A stretch of DNA of 62,949 bases, the filler included, from Octopus bimaculoides (taxonomy: Eukaryota), in NCBI RefSeq assembly GCF_001194135.2. It is 8 parts of 8 records of this genome, joined end to end, with 100 filler letters (N's around TTAATTAATTAA, not from the genome) between each part and the next. Parts side by side here need not be neighbours in the genome. Positions count along the whole stretch, not along the records: positions 25,744 to 41,414 come from NC_068990.1; positions 41,515 to 47,164 come from NC_068987.1; positions 47,265 to 53,934 come from NC_068991.1; 5 more parts are not named here. One strand, given 5' to 3'. A program made the translations under genes and the position numbers. Position 1 is the stretch's first letter. Each line of letters starts with the position of its first letter. A model generated the notes under the pieces. The model was not told where the DNA came from. It saw only the letters and a list, made by a program, of their open reading frames with translations, and ran no database searches. Of the stretch, positions 38,170 to 50,490 are shown piece by piece.

Positions 38170-39014
38170 NNNNNNNNNNNNNNNNNNNNNNNNNNNNNNN
38201 NNNNNNNNNNNNNNNNNNNNNNNNNNNNNNNNNNNNNNNNNNNNNNNNNNNNNNNNNNNNNNNNNNNNNNNNNNNNNNNNNNNNNNNNNNNNNNNNNNNN
38301 NNNNNNNNNNNNNNNNNNNNNNNNNNNNNNNNNNNNNNNNNNNNNNNNNNNNNNNNNNNNNNNNNNNNNNNNNNNNNNNNNNNNNNNNNNNNNNNNNNNN
38401 NNNNNNNNNNNNNNNNNNNNNNNNNNNNNNNNNNNNNNNNNNNNNNNNNNNNNNNNNNNNNNNNNNNNNNNNNNNNNNNNNNNNNNNNNNNNNNNNNNNN
38501 NNNNNNNNNNNNNNNNNNNNNNNNNNNNNNNNNNNNNNNNNNNNNNNNNNNNNNNNNNNNNNNNNNNNNNNNNNNNNNNNNNNNNNNNNNNNNNNNNNNN
38601 NNNNNNNNNNNNNNNNNNNNNNNNNNNNNNNNNNNNNNNNNNNNNNNNNNNNNNNNNNNNNNNNNNNNNNNNNNNNNNNNNNNNNNNNNNNNNNNNNNNN
38701 NNNNNNNNNNNNNNNNNNNNNNNNNNNNNNNNNNNNNNNNNNNNNNNNNNNNNNNNNNNNNNTATATCATATATATATAGATAGATAGATATGTATGTAT
38801 ATCACATTATATATAAATATATATAACAAAATAGAATGAAAAATCTACAGAAGACTTGTATTATATGGTTAAAAAAATGTGTTAAAATCGTCATGTTAGG
38901 AAAATGTTATAAAATTTTGTGCATAGTGATATTGTTTTGGGAGAAATAACTGGTTTCATATTTTCTTTTCAAATTTCTCAAATTTCTTTACCGCTATTGT
39001 GATATCTTTTTACT

Positions 39015-41330
39015 TTGGTGCGATGTACAAGCACAAAAATAGACATCCTCTCAAAAGGGTTAAAATTCACTCCAACACCATGCAGAACCAACCAAAATGA
39101 AGTGAAGGACAGTATAATAGAATTCTGTAGAAAATTAAAACTCACAGAAGCATTAACCAGTTACAATACTGAAGATAACTCACTAGTCAAAAACAAAAGT
39201 GAACACATCCTCCACAAAGGAAGAAATAAAAATCTTGATGAATTCTGCAACAACATTGGGAACTTTCCCTACCACACCATGCATAAATGGACAATTAACC
39301 CAAACTTTAGCACTACACAATGGAAGGAACTAACAAAACTTCAAAATAAGGAAGATGTAATGATTAAGGAATCAGATAAAGGAAGTGTGGTGGTAGTAAT
39401 GGACACATTATACTTTTAAAATGTAGTAAACTCCATGCTTGATGACAATCAACATTACGAAAACAATCACAAACTACACCCACCAAAAAATTATGAAAAC
39501 CCTATCTTCACTAATTAAAACGCATGGAAAAGAACTGACAACCAAAGAACTCAACTATTCAGCAAACTTTAAATGCAAGCCTAGCCTTATCTATGGTCTA
39601 CCAAAAATCCACAAAAGCCAGATTATAAATGAAACCATAAAAAATCTAATATATAATATATAATACACCAAACCTAGAGGACCTAAAATTGTGACCCATT
39701 ATAGCTGGCCCAGCCTGTGAAACACACAGGCTAAGTCTATTTATGGACATTCTCCTGAAACTCTTCCTTAAACACATCAATAGTTATATCAGAGATGACT
39801 TGGATATGTTAAATCACCTCCCAAAATAGTCAATGAAGAAACAATCACGGTTTCATTTGATGTGATTAACTTACATACTAGTATACCTCATAATTATGGG
39901 CTAGAGGCAATTCAGTTCTGGCTGGACCAATATCCGGAAGAAATACTGGAAAGTATCAGCAAAGAGTTCATAATTGAATCGGTTGAATTCATCCTATGAA
40001 ACAACCATTTCATGTTTGATAACAATTTTAATCCACAAAAATCCGGAATTGCCATGAGCACTAGGGCAGCCCCGGTCATTGCGAACCTAACAATGGGCTA
40101 TCTGGAAATAATAATATACCAGGAATCTTTATCTATCTTTGGAAACCCTCTTTCCCAATACATAAAAGAGAATTGGAAAAGATAGCTAGACAACTGTTTC
40201 CTCCTCTGGAATGAAAACACAGACAAACTCCTGGAATTCAAAAGACTATTGAACAGCATCAACCCCAAAATACAATTCACAATGGAATACAACCAAAAGG
40301 AGCTCCCATTCTTGGATATAATAGTTAAAAAAATAAACCTAAAAATAGAAACAGACATATTTTACAAAACCACAGACGCCAAACAATATCTACTATTTAA
40401 TTCATGCCATCCAAGACACACCAAAACAAACATCTCCTTTAACCTTGCAAAAAGGATATGCACCATAGTGTCCGAAAAAAATACCAAAGACTTTAGACTG
40501 CAAGAACTCAAAATCAACGTCATTGACAGACACTACTCATTTCAACTCATAGAGGATGGAATCAGACATGCAACACAAATCGACATAAAAACCTTAAGAA
40601 AAGTTCAACACAACAACACACCTTCCCCCAAAATACTGCTGCACATATCCACATAAAACCCCAGAAACAAAGAAGCATTCACCATTATCGCCCAAAATCG
40701 ACCATTGTTACATAAGGACCCCAAATTAAAGGAAATTTTACACACACATAACATCATTAAAAGCCACAAAGAACTGAAGTCACTAAAAAGATCCTCACAA
40801 AGGCAAAATTATTTTCTACCATAATGGATGCAAAAGTGAAAAAATGCAGTCGACCAAATTCTGCAACATGCCCAAACCTTCTAGAAGGATCAAAATTCCT
40901 TTTTAAAGAGGGACAAAAATTCAAAATCAAATCTGATTTTGCTTATGCCTCAGAAGACCTGATATATGTTATAAGATGCTCGGACTGCCACCAAAACTAC
41001 TGCAAAAGGTCCATGGGATTATCACTCAGATACAGATGCACTCTGCACCAACAGCAGATTGCATTCCCAGAATACAGAATGATACCCATTAGTGAACACA
41101 TTGAGAGAGCGCAAAGCAACTGCTACCACAATTTGTAATCTTTCCATTTTATCAATGTGCCATTGGAACACCAACACAAGTTTGATTAAATAAGGAAACC
41201 TATTTCATTGAAAAATATAAGCCAAAACTTAACCATTTCTAGCATTTTTAAATAAGGAAACTTACTTCATTGAAAAATATAAACCAAAACTTAACCACTT
41301 CTAACATTTTATTCTATCAAAACCAAATCA
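39015..41330 (+). mobile_element. Penelope-like element (RT + GIY-YIG), degraded
   Basis: SKGLKFTPTP, IKESDKGSVVVVMD, YGLPKIHKS, L*PIIAGP, SFDVINLHTSIP, SGIAMSTRAAPVIANLTMGYLE, INPKIQFTME...LPFLDI, YLLFNSCHP, IYVIRCSDCHQNY, KETYFIEKYKPKLN. Many frameshifts and stops. Confidence 0.92.
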
Positions 41331-44054
41331 TTTTAAATTAGCAAAACTTAATCATTCCCAACATTTTTGATTATCTCTCTTATACCGAAAATATCCCTGA
41401 TTAACTCCCCCCCCNNNNNNNNNNNNNNNNNNNNNNNNNNNNNNNNNNNNNNNNNNNNTTAATTAATTAANNNNNNNNNNNNNNNNNNNNNNNNNNNNNN
41501 NNNNNNNNNNNNNNATATATATATATATATATATATGTATGTAATGAATATATATATCTAATTATATATATGTATATATACATATATATGTATATATACA
41601 TATATATGTATATATATGTACAAATATATGTATATATATACACATTATGTGTGTGTATGTATGCATGTATGTATGTATGTATAGATGCACATACATACAT
41701 ACATACATACATACATACTACAAAACTTAGGAATTTCTATAAAATGTCCTCCTTCAGAGGATGTTAAAATTATTCCTCAGATTTAAACTGAGCCATTATT
41801 TAATCCTACTCTTTATCCAGTTCTTATACTCCTTATGAACATGTCATCTGCTTTGCGTAGTAATGTTGTACGCCCTTGTCAATTCCTAGTACACGTTGCA
41901 CTCAATTCAATTAGTTATTGCAAAGACGTAAAGTTGTCTTGTGTGTTCTTTCCTCTAAATTAGTAACACTAACAATCAAATAAAGGTGACATGTACATCG
42001 TCTCAGTCTTCCTACGCTTGGCCCAGCAGAATATGAGGATATTGTAGCTGGGAGGAGAAATGGCTGTCTCAGCAGTCGGCTGATACCAGACTGAAGCAGC
42101 AGGAAATCCCGTACCTTGTTGAAAGACAAAACACGGTACTCAGCTCAGGAATCGAACCAACGACCTTATGGTCACGAGCTCAGTATCCTAACCTCTAGAC
42201 CGGGAACCTTCACATCAGAAAGAATCGTTGTTGATAAAAGCTTACCTCTGTTCCAGCACTGATATTACCTAATCTTTCGCACAAGCAGGTTAGCGAATTT
42301 TTTTTTTTTTTCCGTTGAACTCCAAAGAAACTACGATTAAACCAGGTAATATTTGCTGTATTTCTTTCTTTTGTTTTTCTTATTAACGAGGGACAAAAAC
42401 CCCGATATACACACCACACCAAATATATATAAATACGAACACACAAGTATCTCTCTACCCTTTTTTTTTTCATCTAAAGGAGTTTTAATCCAATGTGCTG
42501 TGTGTTTGTTTATAGCTGAATTCGCCTTCAAACACAAATTTAATAAAGACTTACTCCTCCGCACATACACACACACACACACACACACATACAATATACA
42601 TCGTTGATAGGCATGTTACTGTGGTATTCATCTAGTGATAATTAATACGGGTAGTATTTAAAAACACAGTAAACAGATCGGAAGGAAACGAAAATATTGT
42701 CCCAGCAGCGGTTAGCGATAACGCCAGGTGCATTTCGGCCTTGTTAGGCCTAGTCAATGACATGTACTCACAGCCAACCTGACGCCTCCGATATATGGGA
42801 CTGTGAATGAAACATTCACTAGTATTGCGAAAAGCCGGCCGGTTGGATAAAAGATCTTGTATACGCATATGAAGCAGTATTAAATTAAAATAGTCATCTA
42901 CGTATTATACTTAATAAGTATATACATCGTTGATAGGCAAATTACTGTAGTATCCGTTCAGATATAACATCTTTTATGGACATGATGTGTTTAAAAACAC
43001 AATATGTATCGGAAGAAAAGTCGTCTTAACAGCGGCTGGCGAGAACGCGATCGTGCATACTTCTTTAACGGAGTATCAGAAATTGATTCTTTCTGATAAC
43101 CCTTTTACTGTGCAGACTTATTGTCATAGCCCCAAATAATTCAAAATTTGCAGAAGCATTTGTTGAGCACTTTTGTTTTTTTTATGTATTTAGTTAGAGT
43201 GTATGCATGTCACTAAGATGTTAAACACTTCGAGATAGCTTATCCGTAATTTTTTTTTATAATATTCATCTTTTTAGAGCAGTTTTATATTTAAATCCCA
43301 AGTGATTGATGGACTTCTGGTTACGAGGGGAATCAAAATTTGTACTAATGAGAGATATAGTTTTGGAAGCAAAACATTCCATAGTAGAAGGCTTGCTACG
43401 AGGTAAGATCATGCATATTTTCTTTACATTGTGTATCATGTCCAGAGTTGTGTCTTTTACTTGCTGAAATGATTAAAATAATATTAGTCAATGCTGTCTT
43501 TTCCTCACCACTTATTTCATATCAGATTTTTGTCGTTAACAACATTATATATGTTAACACTAACTTATCAATTATTTTCTCTTTGTTTCGTTTATGCAGC
43601 TAGCATCTCTGGGTGATAAACCTGATTCCGTTTATATGCTTATTTAAGCTGTCTCTAAATGTTTTGTAGTTTGCATCTAGTTCATATTAACATTTTAAAA
43701 TAGTCCCACTTCTACAGTAGCTGGGCCCTAAGGTAGCTGTGTTATTTCAGCTATGTTTCTACGGAATGTCTTTTGTTAGAAATTAGAACGTAGGCTGCTT
43801 TACTATTCAGTATCCTTTGTGAATTGAAACGATTTCGTTTACTTGCTCGGGACAAGCAATCAGCAGTCACCTTGACCAATGTACGTACTTATTAACATTG
43901 GTCAAAGCTGTGTGGTTATCACTTAGGTGTGACTACTAGCCAGAGAGGTCAGCTGACCAACTACCCTGTCTAATTATCAAAGTGAGAAAATAACGCATTT
44001 ATTGCCGTTACAGTATGTGTTGTCTCTCTAGTTATTTGTTTTACTGTTTTACAG

Positions 44055-44413
44055 CATGTTTCCGTCAGATTATTGACAGTGATGAAGACAACGATTTTCC
44101 TTTACCATTAACCAGGAAATGTAGCAGTTGTCGCCGAAAGCTGGAAAAGGTAAGAAATGCAGAGATGTCTAGATCTGCACAAACACCAACCGCGAACATT
44201 GATAATGCAGAAGCAACACAAAAAGATTGTATTAATACTTCAAACATTTCCGAATCGGATTCTACTACCTCCTCCATACATCGCAGAAACAATATTCCTG
44301 CAGAACAAGACAAATACCAGATAACGGACTTTACACCAAACATAATGATGCAATTTCATCCAGAAGCCCAGTCTTCGAAGTTTGCCGAAAATTTGCAAAT
44401 GACAAGATCCGCT
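44055..44413 (+). other. Candidate coding exon of an unidentified gene or element
   Basis: Acceptor TTTTACAG|C at 44055; ~120 open codons of S/T/N/D/E-rich sequence; possible donors AAG|GTAAGA (44149) or CTG|GTAACA (~44413). No family recognised. Confidence 0.35.
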
Positions 44414-45620
44414 GGTAACATATACATTTTAATGTGTTTGTATTGGTACAACTTCAAACAATATTTACTATACAGAAAATTAAAAAAGAAAAACCAGCTA
44501 AATTTGTAATATCTATAAAAGAATCTGGTCTTAAATTTGTAAAGAGCTGTCAAAATTTTATCAAAAATTCCCCTGAAAGAAATTCGTAAAATACACTTAA
44601 TTAAAATTCACAGTTTAGAGTAAACATGATGATTAACAATCATTGAATATTACTATAAAGCTTCAGTCGATTAATTTGAATGAAACCGGTGACAATCACT
44701 TTTTGAGAACTCTGTCATTTTTCCAAACGCGTCTTGATGAAATCCTTCTGTTACTATATTTCTGTCGAAATACGCTATATTTGTATCAGTTAATTTTTCA
44801 AATAATGAAGGATTTAGTAAAATAACTTCATCGTTAAGCTGGTGTTTGGAAAAACAAATTAACAGATTTTGATGGAAGATTTGAATTTCGATCACTTTGA
44901 AACAGAATGCTTGCATCAAAGAACCAAGGGCAATTTGAGGCTGTCTTCTACAAGCTGAAATGGTTACACAAAAGAGTAACCAAGTCATCTTCGCATAGTT
45001 TGCATTCTCAGAACCATTATGGAGAATACTACTAATTTGGGACTTGTATAAAACAAATCTTGTATTAGGAAGTTAGGAAATTAAGAAATAACGAAATCAA
45101 AAGCAATAATTGAAAGAAATGTTGGCTTTGGAACGATTTATTTTCCATATAGAAAATACATTACATGCATCCAAATTAAGAACATATCGTATACACATGA
45201 AGATATACTACTACAAGCCATAAAGGACAGTGGCATCATATGCAAAAGTAACAAACTGATAGTACATATGTTCTCAGAACGTTATATGGCATATGATATC
45301 AGCTACTTCATTGATGATAAACGTTGATTTATTTTCTACAACGCATGATCGCAGTTTCAATAATGCATTTTCTACTAAAAGAAACACTTGAGGAATATTA
45401 AAGCAATCTATAAATGTGACGGCGGTCATGTGTAAAACTGCAAACCATTTTTATTTTTGAATAACTCCAGGTACAAAACTTTGGATTTGTTACATTTATA
45501 TTTAGACACACAAGCATTCAGCTACATATACTTAAGCACACATCTATATGTACATGTATATGTATATATATATATATATATATATCATATTAGGGATTTT
45601 TATTATTCTTAAGATTATCT

Positions 45621-45697
45621 TAGACCTGAAGAATGACTATATTTTTAAATTGAATCGAATTTATTTCAAAATATAGCCACGAAACGCGCGTAGTCTA
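45621..45697 (+). ncRNA. Type I hammerhead ribozyme with extended stem II
   Basis: TAGAC-CTGAAGA-[48-nt hairpin: TG/CA, CTATATTTT/AAAATATAG, TAAATT/AATTTA]-GAAA-CGCGCG-T-A-GTCTA: perfect 5-bp stem I, palindromic ACGCGCGT stem III, GUA triplet. Confidence 0.8.
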
Positions 45698-46463
45698 TTT
45701 AATGTTATTTGATATTTATTGATTGTGCAATTTATTGATTTTTGAAATAGGGCTTTTGTGGTATATTTGTTTTTCTGAATGGTTTGCTTGAAGTTTTTCA
45801 TTGTTGAATTTGTTTATAGTGGGTTTTTTTCTCTAAATTATGTATGTATGTATGTATGTACNNNNNNNNNNNNNNNNNNNNNNNNNNNNNNNNNNNNNNN
45901 NNNNNNNNNNNNNNNNNNNNNNNNNNNNNNNNNNNNNNNNNNNNNNNNNNNNNNNNNNNNNNNNNNNNNNNNNNNNNNNNNNNNNNNNNNNNNNNNNNNN
46001 NNNNNNNNNNNNNNNNNNNNNNNNNNNNNNNNNNNNNNNNNNNNNNNNNNNNNNNNNNNNNNNNNNNNNNNNNNNNNNNNNNNNNNNNNNNNNNNNNNNN
46101 NNNNNNNNNNNNNNNNNNNNNNNNNNNNNNNNNNNNNNNNNNNNNNNNNNNNNNNNNNNNNNNNNNNNNNNNNNNNNNNNNNNNNNNNNNNNNNNNNNNN
46201 NNNNNNNNNNNNNNNNNNNNNNNNNNNNNNNNNNNNNNNNNNNNNNNNNNNNNNNNNNNNNNNNNNNNNNNNNNNNNNNNNNNNNNNNNNNNNNNNNNNN
46301 NNNNNNNNNNNNNNNNNNNNNNNNNNNNNNNNNNNNNNNNNNNNNNNNNNNNNNNNNNNNNNNNNNNNNNNNNNNNNNNNNNNNNNNNNNNNNNNNNNNN
46401 NNNNNNNNNNNNNNNNNNNNNNNNNNNNNNNNNNNNNNNNNNNNNNNNNNNNNNNNNATGTAT

Positions 46464-46494
<31 letters not shown>

Positions 46495-46975
46495 TATATA
46501 TACACACGTACATACATACACATACATACGTACATGCATACACATTACGTACACACATATATACATACATACATGCATGCATACATACATCCATCCATTC
46601 ATACATACATACATACATACATATTCTTTACTTGTTACGGATTGTCATATAAATTTATTTTTTTTTTGTGTATTGTCACCTCCCTTTTTTTTTGTTGTTC
46701 TTTTTGTGCCTTTTTGTGAAAGTGGCAAATTGTTTCACAACCTTTATTCCTTTCTTTCATGTACTCTCAGAAATGTGTCCATTTAAAAAACATTGATAAT
46801 GTTTTCCTGTTAATTTGAATGCGTCATAATTGTGTGAAATATGCATTTATAACAAAAACTTATCGCACAAAAGATACGGATATTTCTGCCTTATAAAGAA
46901 CTCACTCCTATACACATACCTACCAATCCGCCTACACGCTTACGCGCGCGCGCGCGCACTCACACACACACACAT

Positions 46976-47029
<54 letters not shown>

Positions 47030-47072
47030 CATCACACCACATCATACACATATCTGTATGTATGTGTGTATG

Positions 47073-47105
<33 letters not shown>

Positions 47106-47781
47106 TAATAGTTATCGCCAAGCCAACATGGCAGTCCCAAAATTAGGACGAAAGCTGCCGTGAANNNNNNNNNNNNNNNNNNNNNNNNNNNNNNNNNNNN
47201 NNNNNNNNTTAATTAATTAANNNNNNNNNNNNNNNNNNNNNNNNNNNNNNNNNNNNNNNNNNNNTATATATATATATATACACATATATATATATAATGA
47301 AATAATATAATTGAAGTTGACATTTACATATGTAGATCCATGTGCATGCATACATGCATATATATATATATATATATATACAAGAGTATATATATATATA
47401 TCTATATATATATATATATATACAGGTGTGTGTATGTGTGTGTTTATATATGTTTGCTTGTCTGTGTGTGTGCTTTATATGTTTATATATTTCATTTTCG
47501 ATGTTCCCGTTACAACAACCAATTGATATGCGCCACTAAATGAGTCGCACTAATTAGGTTCTCTAGAAAACAAACAAAATTATTAAAAGCTCTCTCCTCT
47601 TCTTACTGTGTCTCTCTTTTCCTATGCATGAGCTAATATGTTTCAGCAGTTGCAAATCGATTTTCCCTCTACAATATAGCTTCTTGTTATCGTTTAGATC
47701 AAGACAATACATCGCTTATTTACAGTTGCTATTCGCAAAACAAAACTTATAGAACCAAACATCTAGTTATCATTATCATCA

Positions 47782-47843
<62 letters not shown>

Positions 47844-48379
47844 GCCATTCACTTCTCATTGGGCATACATTAACATACACTCAAATTCAGGCGCTGGTGG
47901 ATAGATGCATGTGTTTGCGTATATATTTATGTGTATGAATGCGTGTGTACATATTCGTCTACATAGCGTTCATAATAAATTTTCTATCGTCTTGGCTCAA
48001 CAGCCCTCACCGTTTGATTTTTACTGTCTTGTTCTCACTGTCCTGTTCTTGTTAACACTTTCACCCACCGCAAAAAAATTCCAAATTTTATTTAATTTGC
48101 TTTGCGGGAAGAACTGTTTCAACGAAGTCGCGTATTGTCCTTGCCTTCGGAACTCGGAGTAGATGAAACAGGGACAACTGACAAAGGTGTATATTCTTTA
48201 TGTTGCATGTCTCATTTCTCTTTTTGTTTTTTGGGGGTTTTTTTCGTTGTTCGAAAAAAGTTCGTTTTCTATGTTTTCGTATTTATGTTTTCGTTTCTCA
48301 TTGTGTTCAACATTTTTTAATGTCCTATACCCATATATGCATGCATATATACATATATATGTAGGTATGTACATATATT

Positions 48380-48416
<37 letters not shown>

Positions 48417-48792
48417 NNNNNNNNNNNNNNNNNNNNNNNNNNNNNNNNNNNNNNNNNNNNNNNNNNNNNNNNNNNNNNNNNNNNNNNNNNNNNNNNNNNN
48501 NNNNNNNNNNNNNNNNNNNNNNNNNNNNNNNNNNNNNNNNNNNNNNNNNNNNNNNNNNNNNNNNNNNNNNNNNNNNNNNNNNNNNNNNNNNNNNNNNNNN
48601 NNNNNNNNNNNNNNNNNNNNNNNNNNNNNNNNNNNNNNNNNNNNNNNNNNNNNNNNNNNATGCTTCTAAGCGTTTTTGAGATGTGTTCATAATTTTGCCG
48701 AAAGATACATGTGTATAATCTCACACATACATATATAATTATTTCTCTACTTGTCCATCTGTTTGTCTTTTACTATCTATCTATCTATCTAA

Positions 48793-48861
<69 letters not shown>

Positions 48862-50420
48862 ATTTAATATGTGTGTTTGTGTATGCGTGCATGGCAAGAG
48901 TGGGGTAAAGGTAGGCAGGATATATACGTATGTATGTATTTATGTATGTAAGCCATGTCAAGCGCAGTTGTACTGACAGATAGTAAACATTATTCGTAGC
49001 ATTGCCATAGTAGCTAGAGAAGTAATCAAGCTTTTTCCTATGGAAACTTGTTGGTTGAATCGCATTCATTTAATTAGAACTGGCATTTCATTGTAGTTTC
49101 TAAGTATTTGTTCACTTCAACGTTCCCATAACATTAATGCAAACACTACCGCCACCATCATCATCACTGTCTTTTTCCGTTTCGCTTCTAATGTAATACG
49201 ATACCATCTTGTAAATGAAATAACAAGGAATCGAGAGAGAAAGAATGAAGCGATAGAACAAAAACTGTTGTTGTTACGTGTAAATCGCTCATTGTTGGAC
49301 GAACGCATGACGGATTAATAATATATATGTGTGTACATGATAGGAATTTGAATTTACGTCCGAACAATGTTTGTGAATGAGAGATGTTTTCCTTCTTCCT
49401 CTTTCTTTCTCTCCCTCCTGCCAACCATCTCACACCACGCTATCTCATCTCTTCTCGTTTCATCTAATCTCACATCAACTCAACTCATCATTCCAGATCT
49501 TTCGTGAACATTTTACGTAAATTCTCCCATTCCGTTTTAATTCCTATTCCGTTTGCAATCGTTTAGGACAGGGTGTCCAAAACTTTAGGTAAATTTACTC
49601 CCAAAATCGGGAAGTTGTTTTCCTGATGTTGGATGCGTAATGTTTAGTATTTGACTTATAATTTTCTAAAAGATAAAAGTGTGAAATAAAAATTAGATGT
49701 AGGCCTGATCTGTAAAAAAAAAAATAGAAAGAAAAAAACAGCATGCGTGACAGTGTGGTAAAAAGTTTGCTTCCCAACCACACGGTTCCAGGTTCTGTCC
49801 CACTGTATGGCTCCTTGGGAAAGTGACTTCTTCTATAGCCTCGGGCCGACCAAAGCCTTGAGAGTGGATTTGGTAAACGGAAACTGAAAGAAGCCCGTCG
49901 TATGTGTGTGTGCATGTGTGTGTATATTTGTATTTGTTTGTGTTTGTCCCCCGGCCATCGCTTGACAACCGATGCTGGTGTGTTTCTCTCCACGTGATCT
50001 AGCGGTTCGGCAAAAGACACTAATCGAATATGTACTAGACTTACAAAGAATAAGTCTCAGAATCGATTTCTTCGACTAAAACCCTCTAAGGTTGTGCTCC
50101 AGCATGGCCGCAGTCAATGACTGACACAAGTAAAAGAAATGAAAGTAAAAAGAAATCTATAAACTCTCGAGATAACGTTAGATAATTCTCCTTTGGAACA
50201 TTAGGTCTCGAAGTATATAAAGTTATATATAACAGCATATAAATATTGATTTCAAATTTCAGCACAAGGCCAGCAATATCGGGGGCAAGGTTGAGTCGAT
50301 AACATTGACGCCAGGATCTAGCTGGTACTTATTTTATCGATCCCGAATAGATGAAAGGTGAAGCATTTTTCCCAGCGTGGCAATGATTTTAGGCCAATCA
50401 CGGAGGGCTTTGAAGGATTA

Positions 50421-50490
<70 letters not shown>

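Noticed and set aside
39015-41330. Active or domesticated Penelope gene
   Set aside because: Many frameshifts and in-frame stops, including in the RT core.
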